A DNA stretch of 64,000 nt from an uncultured Actinomycetota bacterium. Its GTDB lineage: Bacteria; Actinomycetota; Actinomycetes; Mycobacteriales; Mycobacteriaceae. Shown here piece after piece: positions 42,716 through 53,568 of this stretch; the first letter of the stretch is position 1; each line of letters begins with the position of its first letter. The stretch covers positions 8,884-72,883 of the forward strand of contig CAVRRV010000020.1 in assembly GCA_963723615.1 (NCBI GenBank), written 5' to 3'. The position numbers and the translations under genes were made by a program. The notes under the pieces were generated by a model, which made no database searches, was not told the DNA's origin, and worked only from the letters and a program-made list of their open reading frames with translations.

Positions 42716-43860
42716 ACATCTGGACTACACCCGAGCGCGAGCAGCTGCGCAAGACGGTGCGCTCGTTCGCCGAGCGCGAGATCCTGCCGCATATCGATGA
42801 GTGGGAGCGCAGCGGCGACCTGCCCCGCGACTTGCACCGCCGCGCCGGTGCTGCCGGCCTGCTGGGGGCGGGCTTGCCCGAAGCCGTCGGCGGTGGCGGC
42901 GGCGACGGCGTCGACTCGGTGATCATCTGCGAGGAGATCCATCAGGCAGGCGCGCCGGGCGGCGTCTTCGCGTCGCTGTTCACCTGTGGGATCGCGGTGC
43001 CGCACATGATCGCCTCCGGCGATGAACGGCTGATCGACACCTTCGTGCGACCGACGCTGGCCGGCGAGAAGATCGGCGCACTGGCCATCACCGAACCCGG
43101 CGGCGGCTCGGACGTCGGGCACCTGCGCACCAGTGCGGTGCGAGATGGCGACCACTACATCGTCAACGGCGCCAAGACCTACATCACCTCAGGAGTGCGC
43201 GCCGACTTCGTCGTCAGCGCGGTGCGCACGGGTGGGCCTGGCGCAGCAGGGGTTTCGCTGTTGGTGGTCGAGAAGGGCACCCCAGGCTTTGAGGTCAGCC
43301 GCAAGCTGGACAAGATGGGCTGGCGGTCCTCAGACACCGCCGAGCTGTCCTACACCGACGCGCGGGTGCCCACGGCCAACCTCGTCGGCGCCGAGAACAG
43401 CGGATTCGCCCAGATCGCCCAGGCTTTCGTCTCTGAACGCATCGCCCTCGCCGCGCAGGCCTATTCGAGCGCGCAGCGGTGCCTGGACATCACCGCGCAG
43501 TGGTGCCGCGACCGGGAGACGTTCGGCCGCCCGCTGATCTCGCGGCAGTCGGTACAGAACACGCTCGCTGAGATGGCCCGACGCATCGACGTCGCCCGCG
43601 TCTATTCGCGCAACGTGGTGGAGCGCCAGCTCGCCGGAGACGCCAACCTCATCGCCCAGGTGTGCTTCGCCAAGAACACCGCCGTCGAGGCCGGGGAATG
43701 GGTTGCCAACCAAGCGGTCCAGCTGTTCGGCGGCATGGGTTACATGGCCGAATCCGAAGTCGAACGCCAGTACCGGGACATGAGGATCCTGGGCATCGGC
43801 GGCGGGACCACCGAAATCCTCACTGCGCTGGCCGCCAAACTCCTGGGGTACCAATCGTGA
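42712..43860 (+). CDS. fadE13: Acyl-CoA dehydrogenase (Rv0975c)
   Basis: ALAITEPGGGSD, NGAKTYIT, QLFGGMGY, IGGGTTEI. Confidence 0.92.
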   Translation: MNIWTTPEREQLRKTVRSFAEREILPHIDEWERSGDLPRDLHRRAGAAGLLGAGLPEAVGGGGGDGVDSVIICEEIHQAGAPGGVFASLFTCGIAVPHMIASGDERLIDTFVRPTLAGEKIGALAITEPGGGSDVGHLRTSAVRDGDHYIVNGAKTYITSGVRADFVVSAVRTGGPGAAGVSLLVVEKGTPGFEVSRKLDKMGWRSSDTAELSYTDARVPTANLVGAENSGFAQIAQAFVSERIALAAQAYSSAQRCLDITAQWCRDRETFGRPLISRQSVQNTLAEMARRIDVARVYSRNVVERQLAGDANLIAQVCFAKNTAVEAGEWVANQAVQLFGGMGYMAESEVERQYRDMRILGIGGGTTEILTALAAKLLGYQS

Positions 43861-45452
43861 CCGTGCTGCAGTCCACTCTCGACCCGAAGGCCGACGCCTA
43901 CACCGACGCAGCGTCGGCGGCGAGCGCAAAGCTCGACGAGATCGGCGCTGAACTGGCCAAAGCGCTGGAGGGCGGCGGCCCAAAGTATGTAGAGCGTCAC
44001 CACGCGCGCGGCAAACTCACGGCGCGTGAGCGCATCGAACTGCTCGTCGACCCGGATTCACCGTTCCTCGAACTAAGCCCACTCGCGGCCTGGGGCAGCG
44101 CATTCAAGGTCGGCGCAAGCACCGTCGTCGGCATCGGCGCGGTCTGCGGAGTGGAATGCTTGATCGTCGCCAACGACCCAACCGTCAAAGGCGGCACAAG
44201 CAATCCGTGGACCTTGCGAAAGATCCTGCGGGCCAATCAGATCGCCTTCCAGAACCGGCTCCCCGTTATCTCGCTGGTGGAATCCGGCGGCGCCGACCTG
44301 CCCACCCAAAAGGAAATCTTCGTCCCCGGCGGGCAGATGTTCCGGGACCTCACCCGGCTGTCCGCGGCGGGCATCCCGACCATCGCCCTGGTGTTCGGCA
44401 ACTCCACCGCGGGCGGCGCCTACATCCCCGGCATGTCCGATCACGTGGTGATGATCAAGGAACGCTCGAAGGTCTTCCTCGCCGGCCCCCCGCTGGTGAA
44501 GATGGCCACCGGCGAGGAGTCCGACGACGAATCGCTGGGTGGAGCCGAAATGCACGCGCGCATTTCGGGTTTGGCCGACTACTTCGCGGTCGACGAGCTC
44601 GACGCGATCCGCATCGGGCGCCGCATCGTCGCGCGGCTGAACTGGCAGAAGCTGGGACCCAAACCGAAGCCCGTGACGCCGCCGCTGTTCGACCAGAACG
44701 AGCTGATCGGCATCGTGCCCGCCGACCTCCGCATCCCGTTCGACCCCCGCGAGGTGATCGCACGCATCGTCGACGGCTCCGAATTCGACGAATTCAAGGC
44801 CATGTACGGCTCGTCGCTGGTGACCGGCTGGGCTCAGTTGCACGGCTATCCGCTGGGCATCCTGGCCAATGCCCGCGGCGTGCTGTTCAGCGAGGAGTCG
44901 CAGAAAGCCACCCAGTTCATTCAGCTGGCCAACCGGTCCGACACTCCGCTGTTGTTCCTGCACAACACGACTGGCTATATGGTCGGCAAGGACTATGAAG
45001 AAGGGGGCATGATCAAGCACGGCTCGATGATGATCAACGCCGTGTCCAACTCCACCGTCCCGCACATCTCCTTGCTGATCGGGGCGTCCTACGGAGCCGG
45101 GCACTACGGCATGTGCGGCCGGGCTTACGACCCTCGATTCCTGTTCGCCTGGCCCAGCGCCAAGGCCGCGGTGATGGGCGGCGCCCAGCTGTCCGGCGTG
45201 CTGTCGATTGTCAGCCGGGCCGCCGCCGAGGCCCGCGGACAGCAGATCGACGACGAGGCCGACGCCGCAATGCGGGCCGCCGTCGAGGGCCAGATCGAAG
45301 CCGAGTCGCTGCCGATGGTGTTATCCGGGATGCTCTACGACGACGGCGTGATCGACCCGCGCGACACTCGCACCGTGTTGGGAATGTGTTTGTCCGCCAT
45401 CGCCAATGGCCCGATCAAAGGGACGTCGAACTTCGGCGTCTTCCGGATGTGA
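43857..45452 (+). CDS. accD2: Acyl-CoA carboxylase carboxyltransferase subunit (Rv0974c)
   Basis: ANDPTVKGG, ESGGADLP, GNSTAGGAY, VMGGAQ. Confidence 0.93.
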   Translation: MTVLQSTLDPKADAYTDAASAASAKLDEIGAELAKALEGGGPKYVERHHARGKLTARERIELLVDPDSPFLELSPLAAWGSAFKVGASTVVGIGAVCGVECLIVANDPTVKGGTSNPWTLRKILRANQIAFQNRLPVISLVESGGADLPTQKEIFVPGGQMFRDLTRLSAAGIPTIALVFGNSTAGGAYIPGMSDHVVMIKERSKVFLAGPPLVKMATGEESDDESLGGAEMHARISGLADYFAVDELDAIRIGRRIVARLNWQKLGPKPKPVTPPLFDQNELIGIVPADLRIPFDPREVIARIVDGSEFDEFKAMYGSSLVTGWAQLHGYPLGILANARGVLFSEESQKATQFIQLANRSDTPLLFLHNTTGYMVGKDYEEGGMIKHGSMMINAVSNSTVPHISLLIGASYGAGHYGMCGRAYDPRFLFAWPSAKAAVMGGAQLSGVLSIVSRAAAEARGQQIDDEADAAMRAAVEGQIEAESLPMVLSGMLYDDGVIDPRDTRTVLGMCLSAIANGPIKGTSNFGVFRM

Positions 45453-45457
45453 TGGGC

Positions 45458-47452
45458 ATGGGAATCACTCGAGTACTGGTGGCCAATCGCGGGGAGATCG
45501 CCCGGCGGGTATTCGCCACCTGCCGGCGCCTGGGCCTGAGCACCGTCGCCGTCTACACCGACCCCGACGCCGCGGCACCTCATGTCTCCGAAGCCGACGC
45601 GCGAGTGCGGCTGCCGCAGACCAACGACTATCTCAACGCCGAGGCGCTGATCGCCGCGGCCCGCGCTGCCGGTGCTGACGCGGTGCACCCTGGCTACGGA
45701 TTCCTCTCGGAGAATGCCGACTTCGCAGCGGCGGTACAAGACGCCGGCCTGACGTGGATCGGCCCGCCGGTGGATGCGGTGCGTGCGATGGGCTCAAAGA
45801 TCGAGTCCAAAAAGCTGATGGCCGCCGCCGGAGTCCCGGTGCTCGACGAGCTCGACCCGGAAACCGTCACCGCGAAGCAGCTGCCGGTACTGGTCAAGGC
45901 ATCCTCCGGCGGTGGCGGGCGTGGGATGCGGGTGGTCCACGAATTAGACGCACTGCCAAGCGAAGTCGCTGCCGCTCGGCGCGAGGCCCAGTCGGCGTTC
46001 GGTGACCCCACCGTGTTCTGCGAGCGCTACCTGCCCACCGGACACCACGTCGAGGTGCAAATTCTCGCCGACACCCACGGCACCGTCTGGGCGGTCGGGG
46101 AGCGGGAATGCTCGATTCAACGTCGCCACCAGAAGATCATCGAAGAAGCGCCGTCACCGTTGGTCGAGCGCACACCCGGCATGCGGGCCAAACTGTTCGA
46201 CGCCGCCAGGCTGGCTGCCGCCGCGATCGGCTACGCGGGGGCGGGGACGGTGGAGTTCCTCGCCGATGATGACGGCGAGTTCTACTTCCTGGAGATGAAC
46301 ACCAGGCTGCAGGTCGAGCATCCGGTCACCGAGGAGACCACCGGGCTTGACCTGGTCGAACTGCAGCTCGCGGTCGCCGACGGCGCCCGACTCGACTCCG
46401 AACCACCCGTTGCGCAAGGGTTTTCCATCGAAGCACGCCTGTACGCCGAGGATCCGGCGCGAGACTGGCAACCACAGGCCGGCCCGGTGCACCGGATTGA
46501 CGTGCCGGTGGCGCGGACCGAATTCGCTACGCTCGGGGCGCGCACCGGGGTCCGGCTGGATTCCGGAATCGTCGACGGGTCGGTGGTCTCTATCCACTAC
46601 GACCCGATGCTGGCCAAGATCATCTCCTATGCTCCGACCCGCCGCCAGTCGGCGATGGTGCTGGCCGACGCTTTGACGCGCAGCCGATTGCACGGTGTAC
46701 GCACCAACCGCGATCTGCTGGTCAACGTGTTGCGGCATCCCGCGTTTCTCGACGGCGCCACCGACACCGCGTTCTTCGACACCCACGGCCTTGCCGCCCT
46801 GGCCGCCCCGCTGGCCGACGCCGAAGGCATCCGATCGTCTGCGATCGCGGCGGCGCTTGCCGACGCCGCACGTAACCGCTCCACGGCCACCGTATTCGGC
46901 TCGATTCCCAGCGGTTGGCGCAACCTGGCTTCGGGGTACCAGGTCAAGACCTACCTCGACGATGGCGGCACCGAACATCGCATCGAATACCGTTTCACTC
47001 GAACCGGATTGCTGCTGCCGTCTGACGAGTCGATACAGCTGGTCTCGGCCTCAGCCGACGAGGTGGTGCTGGCCGACGGCAACGGGGTGGCATCCAGCTT
47101 CGCGGTAGCACGCCACGGCCAGGACATCTATGTCGATTCGGCGCGCGGGCCGGTTCACCTGGTAGCACTGCCACGCTTCCCCGAGCCGGGATCAGCCGTC
47201 GAAAAGGGTTCGCTGGTGGCGCCCATGCCCGGCAACGTCATCCGGCTGGGTGCCGCGGTCGGCGACACCGTAACGACCGGTCAGCCACTGATCTGGCTGG
47301 AGGCGATGAAGATGGAGCACACCATCACCGCACCGGCCGACGGCGTGCTCGCGGAGCTCAATGTCGATACCGGTCAGCAAGTCGAAGTCGGCGCCGTCTT
47401 GGCACGAGTCGAAGCGCCCCAAGATCCGGAAGCAAAAGGAGATGCAGGATGA
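45458..47452 (+). CDS. accA2: Biotin carboxylase/biotin carrier subunit (Rv0973c)
   Basis: ANRGEIA, HPGYGFLSEN, LEMNTRLQVEH, EAMKM biotinylation site. Confidence 0.94.
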   Translation: MGITRVLVANRGEIARRVFATCRRLGLSTVAVYTDPDAAAPHVSEADARVRLPQTNDYLNAEALIAAARAAGADAVHPGYGFLSENADFAAAVQDAGLTWIGPPVDAVRAMGSKIESKKLMAAAGVPVLDELDPETVTAKQLPVLVKASSGGGGRGMRVVHELDALPSEVAAARREAQSAFGDPTVFCERYLPTGHHVEVQILADTHGTVWAVGERECSIQRRHQKIIEEAPSPLVERTPGMRAKLFDAARLAAAAIGYAGAGTVEFLADDDGEFYFLEMNTRLQVEHPVTEETTGLDLVELQLAVADGARLDSEPPVAQGFSIEARLYAEDPARDWQPQAGPVHRIDVPVARTEFATLGARTGVRLDSGIVDGSVVSIHYDPMLAKIISYAPTRRQSAMVLADALTRSRLHGVRTNRDLLVNVLRHPAFLDGATDTAFFDTHGLAALAAPLADAEGIRSSAIAAALADAARNRSTATVFGSIPSGWRNLASGYQVKTYLDDGGTEHRIEYRFTRTGLLLPSDESIQLVSASADEVVLADGNGVASSFAVARHGQDIYVDSARGPVHLVALPRFPEPGSAVEKGSLVAPMPGNVIRLGAAVGDTVTTGQPLIWLEAMKMEHTITAPADGVLAELNVDTGQQVEVGAVLARVEAPQDPEAKGDAG

Positions 47453-48615
47453 CGGACAGCAGCTTCATCGAGAACGAAGATCGCAAGGCGCTGCGCAAGG
47501 CGGTGGCCGAATGGGCGTCCAACTATGGCAGCGAGTACTACCTGAAGAAGGCGCGCGCACACGAGCACACCGACGAATTATGGAACGAGGCAGGAAAACT
47601 CGGGTTCCTCGGAGTGAATCTTCCCGAGGAGTACGGCGGCGGTGGCGCCGGGATGTACGAGCTGTCACTGGTGATGGAGGAAATGGCGACCGCAGGCAGC
47701 GCGCTGCTGCTGATGGTGGTTTCGCCGGCCATCAACGGGACCATCATCAGCAAGTTCGGAACCGAGGAACAGAAGAAGCGCTGGATCCCCGGCATCGCCG
47801 ACGGCTCGCTGACGATGGCGTTCGCGATCACCGAGCCCGACGCCGGATCCAATTCGCACAACATCACCACCACCGCCCGTCGTGACGGCAGTGACTGGAT
47901 CCTGAAGGGGCAGAAGGTCTACATCTCCGGCATCGATCAGGCCCAGGCGGTGTTGGTGGTCGCACGCTCCGAGGAAGCCAAAACCGGCAAGCTGCGACCT
48001 GCGCTGTTCGTCGTGCCCACCGATGCGCCCGGCTTCAGCTACACCCCGATCGAGATGGAGCTGGTCAGCCCCGAGCGGCAGTTCCAGGTGTTCCTCGATG
48101 ACGTTCGGCTGCCCAGCGACGCGCTCGTCGGCGCCGAAGACGCAGCGATCGCACAGCTTTTCGCGGGCCTGAACCCGGAGCGCATCATGGGTGCGGCCAG
48201 CTCCGTCGGCATGGGACGATTCGCACTCGAGCGGGCCGCCGACTACGTCAAGACCCGACAGGTGTGGGGGACGCCGATCGGCGCGCACCAGGGCCTGTCA
48301 CATCCGTTGGCGCAGTGCCACATTGAGGTTGAACTGGCCAAGCTGATGATGCAGAAGGCGGCGACGCTCTACGACAGCGGCGACGACATGGCTGCGGCCG
48401 AGGCGGCCAACATGGCGAAATACGCTGCGGCCGAGGCCGCGACGCGCTCAGTCGATCAGGCCGTGCAGTCCATGGGCGGTAACGGGCTGACCAAGGAGTA
48501 CGGCGTCGCCGCCATGCTGGCCTCGGCCCGGCTCGGTCGTATCGCGCCGGTCAGCAGGGAGATGGTGCTCAACTTCGTCGCGCAAACGTCGCTCGGCCTG
48601 CCCCGCTCCTACTGA
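47449..48615 (+). CDS. fadE12: Acyl-CoA dehydrogenase (Rv0972c)
   Basis: FAITEPDAGSNS, GQKVYISG, MGGNGLTKEY. Confidence 0.92.
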   Translation: MTDSSFIENEDRKALRKAVAEWASNYGSEYYLKKARAHEHTDELWNEAGKLGFLGVNLPEEYGGGGAGMYELSLVMEEMATAGSALLLMVVSPAINGTIISKFGTEEQKKRWIPGIADGSLTMAFAITEPDAGSNSHNITTTARRDGSDWILKGQKVYISGIDQAQAVLVVARSEEAKTGKLRPALFVVPTDAPGFSYTPIEMELVSPERQFQVFLDDVRLPSDALVGAEDAAIAQLFAGLNPERIMGAASSVGMGRFALERAADYVKTRQVWGTPIGAHQGLSHPLAQCHIEVELAKLMMQKAATLYDSGDDMAAAEAANMAKYAAAEAATRSVDQAVQSMGGNGLTKEYGVAAMLASARLGRIAPVSREMVLNFVAQTSLGLPRSY

Positions 48616-49424
48616 TGGACAGGCTGGTCGAATACGCAGTAGACAGGCACGTCGCGCGCCTGACACTGAACTCGCCGCACAACCGCAACGCGCTGTCGAC
48701 CACGCTGGTCAACCAGCTACACCAGGGCCTGCGCGATGCGGCGGCCGACCCCGCGGTGCGGGCCGTGGTGCTCGACCACACCGGTAACACCTTCTGCGCG
48801 GGAGCCGACCTATCGGAAGGCTCGGCAGCAACGGATGCGGATCCGTTCGAGATGGCCGCCGAGCGTGCCCGGGACACGGCCGCGTTGTTGCGAGCGATCG
48901 TCGAGTTGCCGGTGCCGGTGATCGTCGCGATCGACGGCCATGTGCGCGCCGGCGGCATGGGCCTGGTCGGCGCGGGCGATATCGTCGTCGCGGGTCCGCG
49001 CAGCACCTTCGCGCTGACCGAGGCCCGCATCGGAGTCGCGCCGGCGATTATCTCGCTGACATTGCTGCCGAAAATGTCTGCCCGCGCCGCTGCCCGCTAC
49101 TACCTGACCGGCGAGACATTCGACGCCGCCACCGCCGCCGAGATCGGGCTGATCACGATGGCCGCCGACGACGTCGACACGGCGGTGGCATCGCTGGTCA
49201 CCAACATCAGACGCGCTTCACCGCAGGGGCTGGCCACGTCCAAGGCGCTGACCACCGCCGCCGTCATCGCCGGCTTCGACCGCGACGCCGAGCGACTCAG
49301 CACCGAGTCGGCCCGGCTGTTCGTCTCCGACGAAGCTCGGGAGGGCATGCTCGCTTTCCTGCAGAAACGGCCGCCACGGTGGCTCCCCGGTGACGATGCG
49401 GGCCCGGGTGGCGCAACAGTTTAG
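48615..49424 (+). CDS. echA7: Enoyl-CoA hydratase (Rv0971c)
   Basis: LNSPHNRNAL, FCAGADL, FALTEARIG. Confidence 0.92.
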   Translation: MDRLVEYAVDRHVARLTLNSPHNRNALSTTLVNQLHQGLRDAAADPAVRAVVLDHTGNTFCAGADLSEGSAATDADPFEMAAERARDTAALLRAIVELPVPVIVAIDGHVRAGGMGLVGAGDIVVAGPRSTFALTEARIGVAPAIISLTLLPKMSARAAARYYLTGETFDAATAAEIGLITMAADDVDTAVASLVTNIRRASPQGLATSKALTTAAVIAGFDRDAERLSTESARLFVSDEAREGMLAFLQKRPPRWLPGDDAGPGGATV

Positions 49425-49469
49425 CCAAGATCCTTGCAGCAAAATTTGTTCGTCGTAGGCTCGTAGCTG

Positions 49470-50072
49470 ATGAGAAATCCAGCGCAGCGAGGCGCGCAGG
49501 ACCAGCGGAACGCGGCGACGCGTGCCGCCGATACCGACCGCATCCAGGTAGCGCAGTTGCTCACGGACGCCGCCGCTCAGGGGCATCTGCAGATGAGCGA
49601 CTACGAAGACCGACTCACCAGGGCATATGCGGCGAAGACCTACGAGGAATTGGATCGCCTGCGGTCCGACCTGCTGGGGTCGTCGGTGAGTCCGCGACGT
49701 GGCGGCGCCCCCAAACCCGCGCCGTCGATGCTGCTGCTGGCCATCATGAGCGCGTTCGAGCGGCGCGGCCGGTGGAACGTGCCGAAGAAGCTGACGACGT
49801 TCGCGTTGTGGGGCGGCGGCGTGATCGACCTGCGCTACGCCGACTTCACCTCCACCGAGGTCGACATCCACGCATGCTCGATCATGGGCGGACAGACAAT
49901 CTTGCTGCCGCCCGAAGTCAACGTTGAGATCAAAGGCCACGGTGTGATGGGCGGGTTCGACCATCACGTTTCGGGCGAAGGCACGCCCGGCGCGCCGACC
50001 GTGCGGATTCACGGCTTCTCGTTATGGGGCGGTGTCGGCGTCCGGCGGAAGGATCGCAAGACACAGCGATAG
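49470..50072 (+). CDS. DUF1707-domain protein (Rv0966c homologue)
   Basis: RAADTDR...EDRLTRAYAA N-domain; GGGVIDLRYA. Confidence 0.85.
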   Translation: MRNPAQRGAQDQRNAATRAADTDRIQVAQLLTDAAAQGHLQMSDYEDRLTRAYAAKTYEELDRLRSDLLGSSVSPRRGGAPKPAPSMLLLAIMSAFERRGRWNVPKKLTTFALWGGGVIDLRYADFTSTEVDIHACSIMGGQTILLPPEVNVEIKGHGVMGGFDHHVSGEGTPGAPTVRIHGFSLWGGVGVRRKDRKTQR

Positions 50073-50081
50073 GTCGCTGCG

Positions 50082-52073
50082 CTACCGCCGACGGCGGGAT
50101 CGCAGGTAGTCGCCCACCACGGCCGCGCCCAGCCCGTCGAGATCGGGAACCACGACACGACCCTCGACGCGGCGCGCTACCTGATCGATGAACCGGGCCA
50201 GTCCGGGGTCGTTGCCCAACCGGAAGATGGTCACCTGCGCGCCCAGCCGCGCCATCTCGTCAAAGCCGCGCACGGTGTTAGCGATCGTCCGCGGATGCGG
50301 CGGGTAATCAAAAAACACCGCAGAACTTCCGCTGCCATCGACGTCTTCCAGATGTGCCGTCGGCTCGCCGTCGGTGACCACTAGCAAAACGGGCTGCGCG
50401 TTGGGGTGCCGATGCAGGTGCCGGCCGGCCAGCGCCAGCGCGTGATGCAGGTTGGTGCCCTGCTCGTACACGCCTTCCAGGCCCATCAGTTCCGCGCTGG
50501 ACATTGTTCGCGCGTAACGCCCAAACGCGATGATCTGCAACGCATCTGAACGAAATCGGGTGCGCACCAGGTGGTCGAGCGCCAGCGCGGTTCGTTTCAT
50601 CGGCAGCCAGCGGTTCTCCATCACCATCGAGAACGAGGTGTCCACCAACAGCGCGACAGCGGCCTGGGTGCGGGTTTCGGTCTCGGAGACCTCGACGTCG
50701 TCGACGCTGATGTGGATGGCCGAGCTCGGGCCGTCCGCCAAAGTTCCGGCCTGCCGGAGCACTGCGTTGGTCAGCGTCCGGGTGACGTTCCACGGCTCGG
50801 TGTCGCCGAACTGCCAGGGCCGGGTGGCGCCGGTCAGTTCACCCGCGGCCCCGGCACGCCGGAGATCACGCTCGCCGTGACGGCCGGAAAGCTGCTGTGC
50901 CACATCGCGTAACGCGGTTTCGCCGAGCCGACGCATCGCCTTCGGTGACAACCGCCACTGGCCGTCCGAGCCGCGATCCAGGAAGCCCTGATTGACCAGC
51001 GCGCGCTCGAGCTCGGCGAGTGTTTGGGCGTCGATGGAGGCCTGGTCGCCGAGCTGGCGTGCCAGCGCGTCGAGGTCGACGTCGTCCATGGTCGCGCCCG
51101 GATAACTCTGCGACAGCTGCTCGGCGAGTTGCTCCAGCTCGCCGATATCGGCCAGCGCCTGGGCGCCCTCGCCCATGCCCAGCGGGTTGTCGCCGGAGAA
51201 CTGCGCCGACCCGTCCCAGTCCTCGCCGGGCCGGGCTGCCTGTAAGTGGGCATCGAGTCGACCCAACGCTTGCATCAACGACGGCGACCCGAATGCCTGC
51301 TGCGCCAACGCATCCAACTCGGCACGCTGGTCCGGGCTCAAGCTGTTGCGGAACCGCTGCGCGGCCGCCGCCCGCTTAGCCAGCGAATCCAGCAACTCCT
51401 CGACATTCTGCGGGTTCTCCGGAAAGAACTCGCCGTGCTTGTCCATGAAGTCGTCAAAGTCTTGCTGGGTATCCTCGCCGCGGGCGTGCTTGTCCAGCAG
51501 CCCGTTGAGGTCGTCCAGCATCTCGGCGACACGCTGGCGGTCCTCGTCGGTGGCACCTTCCAGTGCCTGTTTCATGCCGGCGAAGCGCTGGTCGAGCATC
51601 TCCCGGCCGAGCAGATCCTTGATCTGCTCGTACTTTTCCCGCGCCTCGTTACTGCGCCAGTTGTAGTCGGAAAGCTCCTGCACGGCTTTGGCCGGCGACG
51701 GCGAGAGCGCTTCCAATTGCAACTCGCCGAAGCGCGCGTCGTCGTCCAGAGCGCGGGCCAGTTCTTTGCGCTCGGCCAGCACCGCTTCGTCAAGGAGCTT
51801 TTTGATCTCTTGCAGAGTGCCGTCTAAGTTGTTGTTGCGCAGTAGTTCTCGTCGCCTGCGGTTGGCCTCGGCGGCTAGCCGGTCGGCTCCTGTCAGGTTC
51901 TTGGTGCCGCGGCGCAACAGCTCGGATAGCGCCCGGCGCGGCGATGTGCCCGCCATGACGTCCTGCCCGATCTGCTCGAGAGCCTCGCGCAGATCCACCG
52001 GCGGAGCAAGCGGATCAGGCCCACCGCTGTACGCCGAGTACCGCGATGAATGCCCCTTAACCGGTTTAGCCAT
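50082..52073 (-). CDS. vWA-domain protein (Rv0959 homologue)
   Basis: LLVDTSFSM MIDAS, GTNLHHAL, VTDGEPTAH; ATG 52073 overlaps the upstream stop. Confidence 0.9.
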   Translation of the reverse strand: MAKPVKGHSSRYSAYSGGPDPLAPPVDLREALEQIGQDVMAGTSPRRALSELLRRGTKNLTGADRLAAEANRRRRELLRNNNLDGTLQEIKKLLDEAVLAERKELARALDDDARFGELQLEALSPSPAKAVQELSDYNWRSNEAREKYEQIKDLLGREMLDQRFAGMKQALEGATDEDRQRVAEMLDDLNGLLDKHARGEDTQQDFDDFMDKHGEFFPENPQNVEELLDSLAKRAAAAQRFRNSLSPDQRAELDALAQQAFGSPSLMQALGRLDAHLQAARPGEDWDGSAQFSGDNPLGMGEGAQALADIGELEQLAEQLSQSYPGATMDDVDLDALARQLGDQASIDAQTLAELERALVNQGFLDRGSDGQWRLSPKAMRRLGETALRDVAQQLSGRHGERDLRRAGAAGELTGATRPWQFGDTEPWNVTRTLTNAVLRQAGTLADGPSSAIHISVDDVEVSETETRTQAAVALLVDTSFSMVMENRWLPMKRTALALDHLVRTRFRSDALQIIAFGRYARTMSSAELMGLEGVYEQGTNLHHALALAGRHLHRHPNAQPVLLVVTDGEPTAHLEDVDGSGSSAVFFDYPPHPRTIANTVRGFDEMARLGAQVTIFRLGNDPGLARFIDQVARRVEGRVVVPDLDGLGAAVVGDYLRSRRRR

Positions 52074-53451
52074 AGACGGTTTCGCCTTCCCCGGACACCT
52101 TGTCGACGCGCTTGGCCAAATACAGGGCCTCCAAAGCCAATTCCAGCGCGGCGGCGCGCTCACCCTCGGATTCCGCGCCCAGCCGCTTGGCGACCGCCTC
52201 GACAACCGGCAAATCGGGCAGCGCCGCCAGCACGTCCTTCGCCGAAACCCGCTCACCGGTCGTCACCGCGGAACCGCCCTCGACCGCGGCCACCAGCGGA
52301 CCGACGTCGAGGCCACCGAGCGCTCTGGATGCGGTGTCAGCCGTGGCGCGGCGCAACAGGTGTTCGAGCACGGCCTGCTCGCGTCCTTCCTCGCCGGACT
52401 CGAACTCCAGCTTGCCGCGCAGCACGTCGATCACGGTTCCCAAGTCGACCACCCGGGCCACCGGATCGGTCTCGCCCAGCACGGCACCGCGGTGACGCGC
52501 GGCGGCGGCAACCGTCTCGGCGGCCGCGATCGCAAACCGCGCCGACACCCCGGATCGTTGATCCACCGAGTTGGATTCCCGCAAGTAGCGAGCGAACCGA
52601 GCGATCACCTGGGTCAGATGCTCGGGCACTTGGGCGCTCAGGTGCGCCTCCTGGAGGATCACTCCGACCTCGGCGTCGAGATCCAGCGGATAGTGCGTGC
52701 GGATCTCGGCGCCGAACCGGTCTTTGAGCGGGGTGATGATGCGGCCACGGTTGGTGTAGTCCTCGGGGTTGGCGCTGGCGACGACGAGCACGTCCAGCGG
52801 TAGCCGCAGGGTATAACCGCGGACCTGGATGTCGCGCTCCTCCATCACGTTGAGCATCGAAACCTGGATCCGCTCGGCCAGGTCGGGCAGCTCGTTGACG
52901 GCGACGATGCCGCGGTGCGCCCGCGGGATCAAGCCGTAGGCGATGGTCTCGGGGTCACCCAGGCTGCGGCCCTCGGCGACCTTGATCGGGTCGATGTCGC
53001 CGACCAGGTCGGCAACGCTGGTGTCGGGGGTGGCCAGCTTCTCGGTGTAGCGCTCGCTGCGGTGTCGCCACTCCACCGGCAGATCGTCGCCGAGCGTGGC
53101 CACCTTCCGGATCGACTCCGGCGTGATCGGACTGTACGGATGCTCGCCGAGCTCGGCGCCGCCGATCACCGGTGTCCACTCGTCCAGCAGGCCGGTGAGT
53201 GCCCGCAGGAGGCGCGTCTTGCCCTGGCCGCGTTCACCGAGCAGCACGAAGTCGTGGCCCGCGATCAGCGCCCGCTCCAGCTGCGGCAACACCGTGTCGT
53301 CGAAGCCCAGGATTCCCGGCCAGATCTCGTCACCCTCGGCTAGCGCGGTCAGCAGGTTTTCCCGGATTTCTTGCTTGACGCCCCGTTCACGGTGCCCGGC
53401 GGCACGCAGTTCGCCGACGGTGCGGGGCAGATTATTCGCAGCGGTCACCAC
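52066..53451 (-). CDS. Mg-chelatase-like AAA+ ATPase (Rv0958 homologue)
   Basis: GERGQGKT, VNELPDL, SANPEDYTNRG. Confidence 0.92.
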   Translation of the reverse strand: MVTAANNLPRTVGELRAAGHRERGVKQEIRENLLTALAEGDEIWPGILGFDDTVLPQLERALIAGHDFVLLGERGQGKTRLLRALTGLLDEWTPVIGGAELGEHPYSPITPESIRKVATLGDDLPVEWRHRSERYTEKLATPDTSVADLVGDIDPIKVAEGRSLGDPETIAYGLIPRAHRGIVAVNELPDLAERIQVSMLNVMEERDIQVRGYTLRLPLDVLVVASANPEDYTNRGRIITPLKDRFGAEIRTHYPLDLDAEVGVILQEAHLSAQVPEHLTQVIARFARYLRESNSVDQRSGVSARFAIAAAETVAAAARHRGAVLGETDPVARVVDLGTVIDVLRGKLEFESGEEGREQAVLEHLLRRATADTASRALGGLDVGPLVAAVEGGSAVTTGERVSAKDVLAALPDLPVVEAVAKRLGAESEGERAAALELALEALYLAKRVDKVSGEGETVYG

Positions 53452-53510
53452 ACCACGCTACGACGGCGCAGCGAATACGGCACCGCTCCCGGTCGCCCTG
53501 GAACCAGGAA

Positions 53511-53541
53511 AGGCCGGGCAATCGGATGGATTGCCCGGCCT
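53511..53541 (-). terminator. Intrinsic-terminator-like hairpin after the LGFP lipoprotein gene
   Basis: Perfect 13-bp stem AGGCCGGGCAATC / GATTGCCCGGCCT with a 5-nt loop. Confidence 0.7.
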
Positions 53542-53568
53542 TCCGAGGTGAACGCGAGGATCGACCGA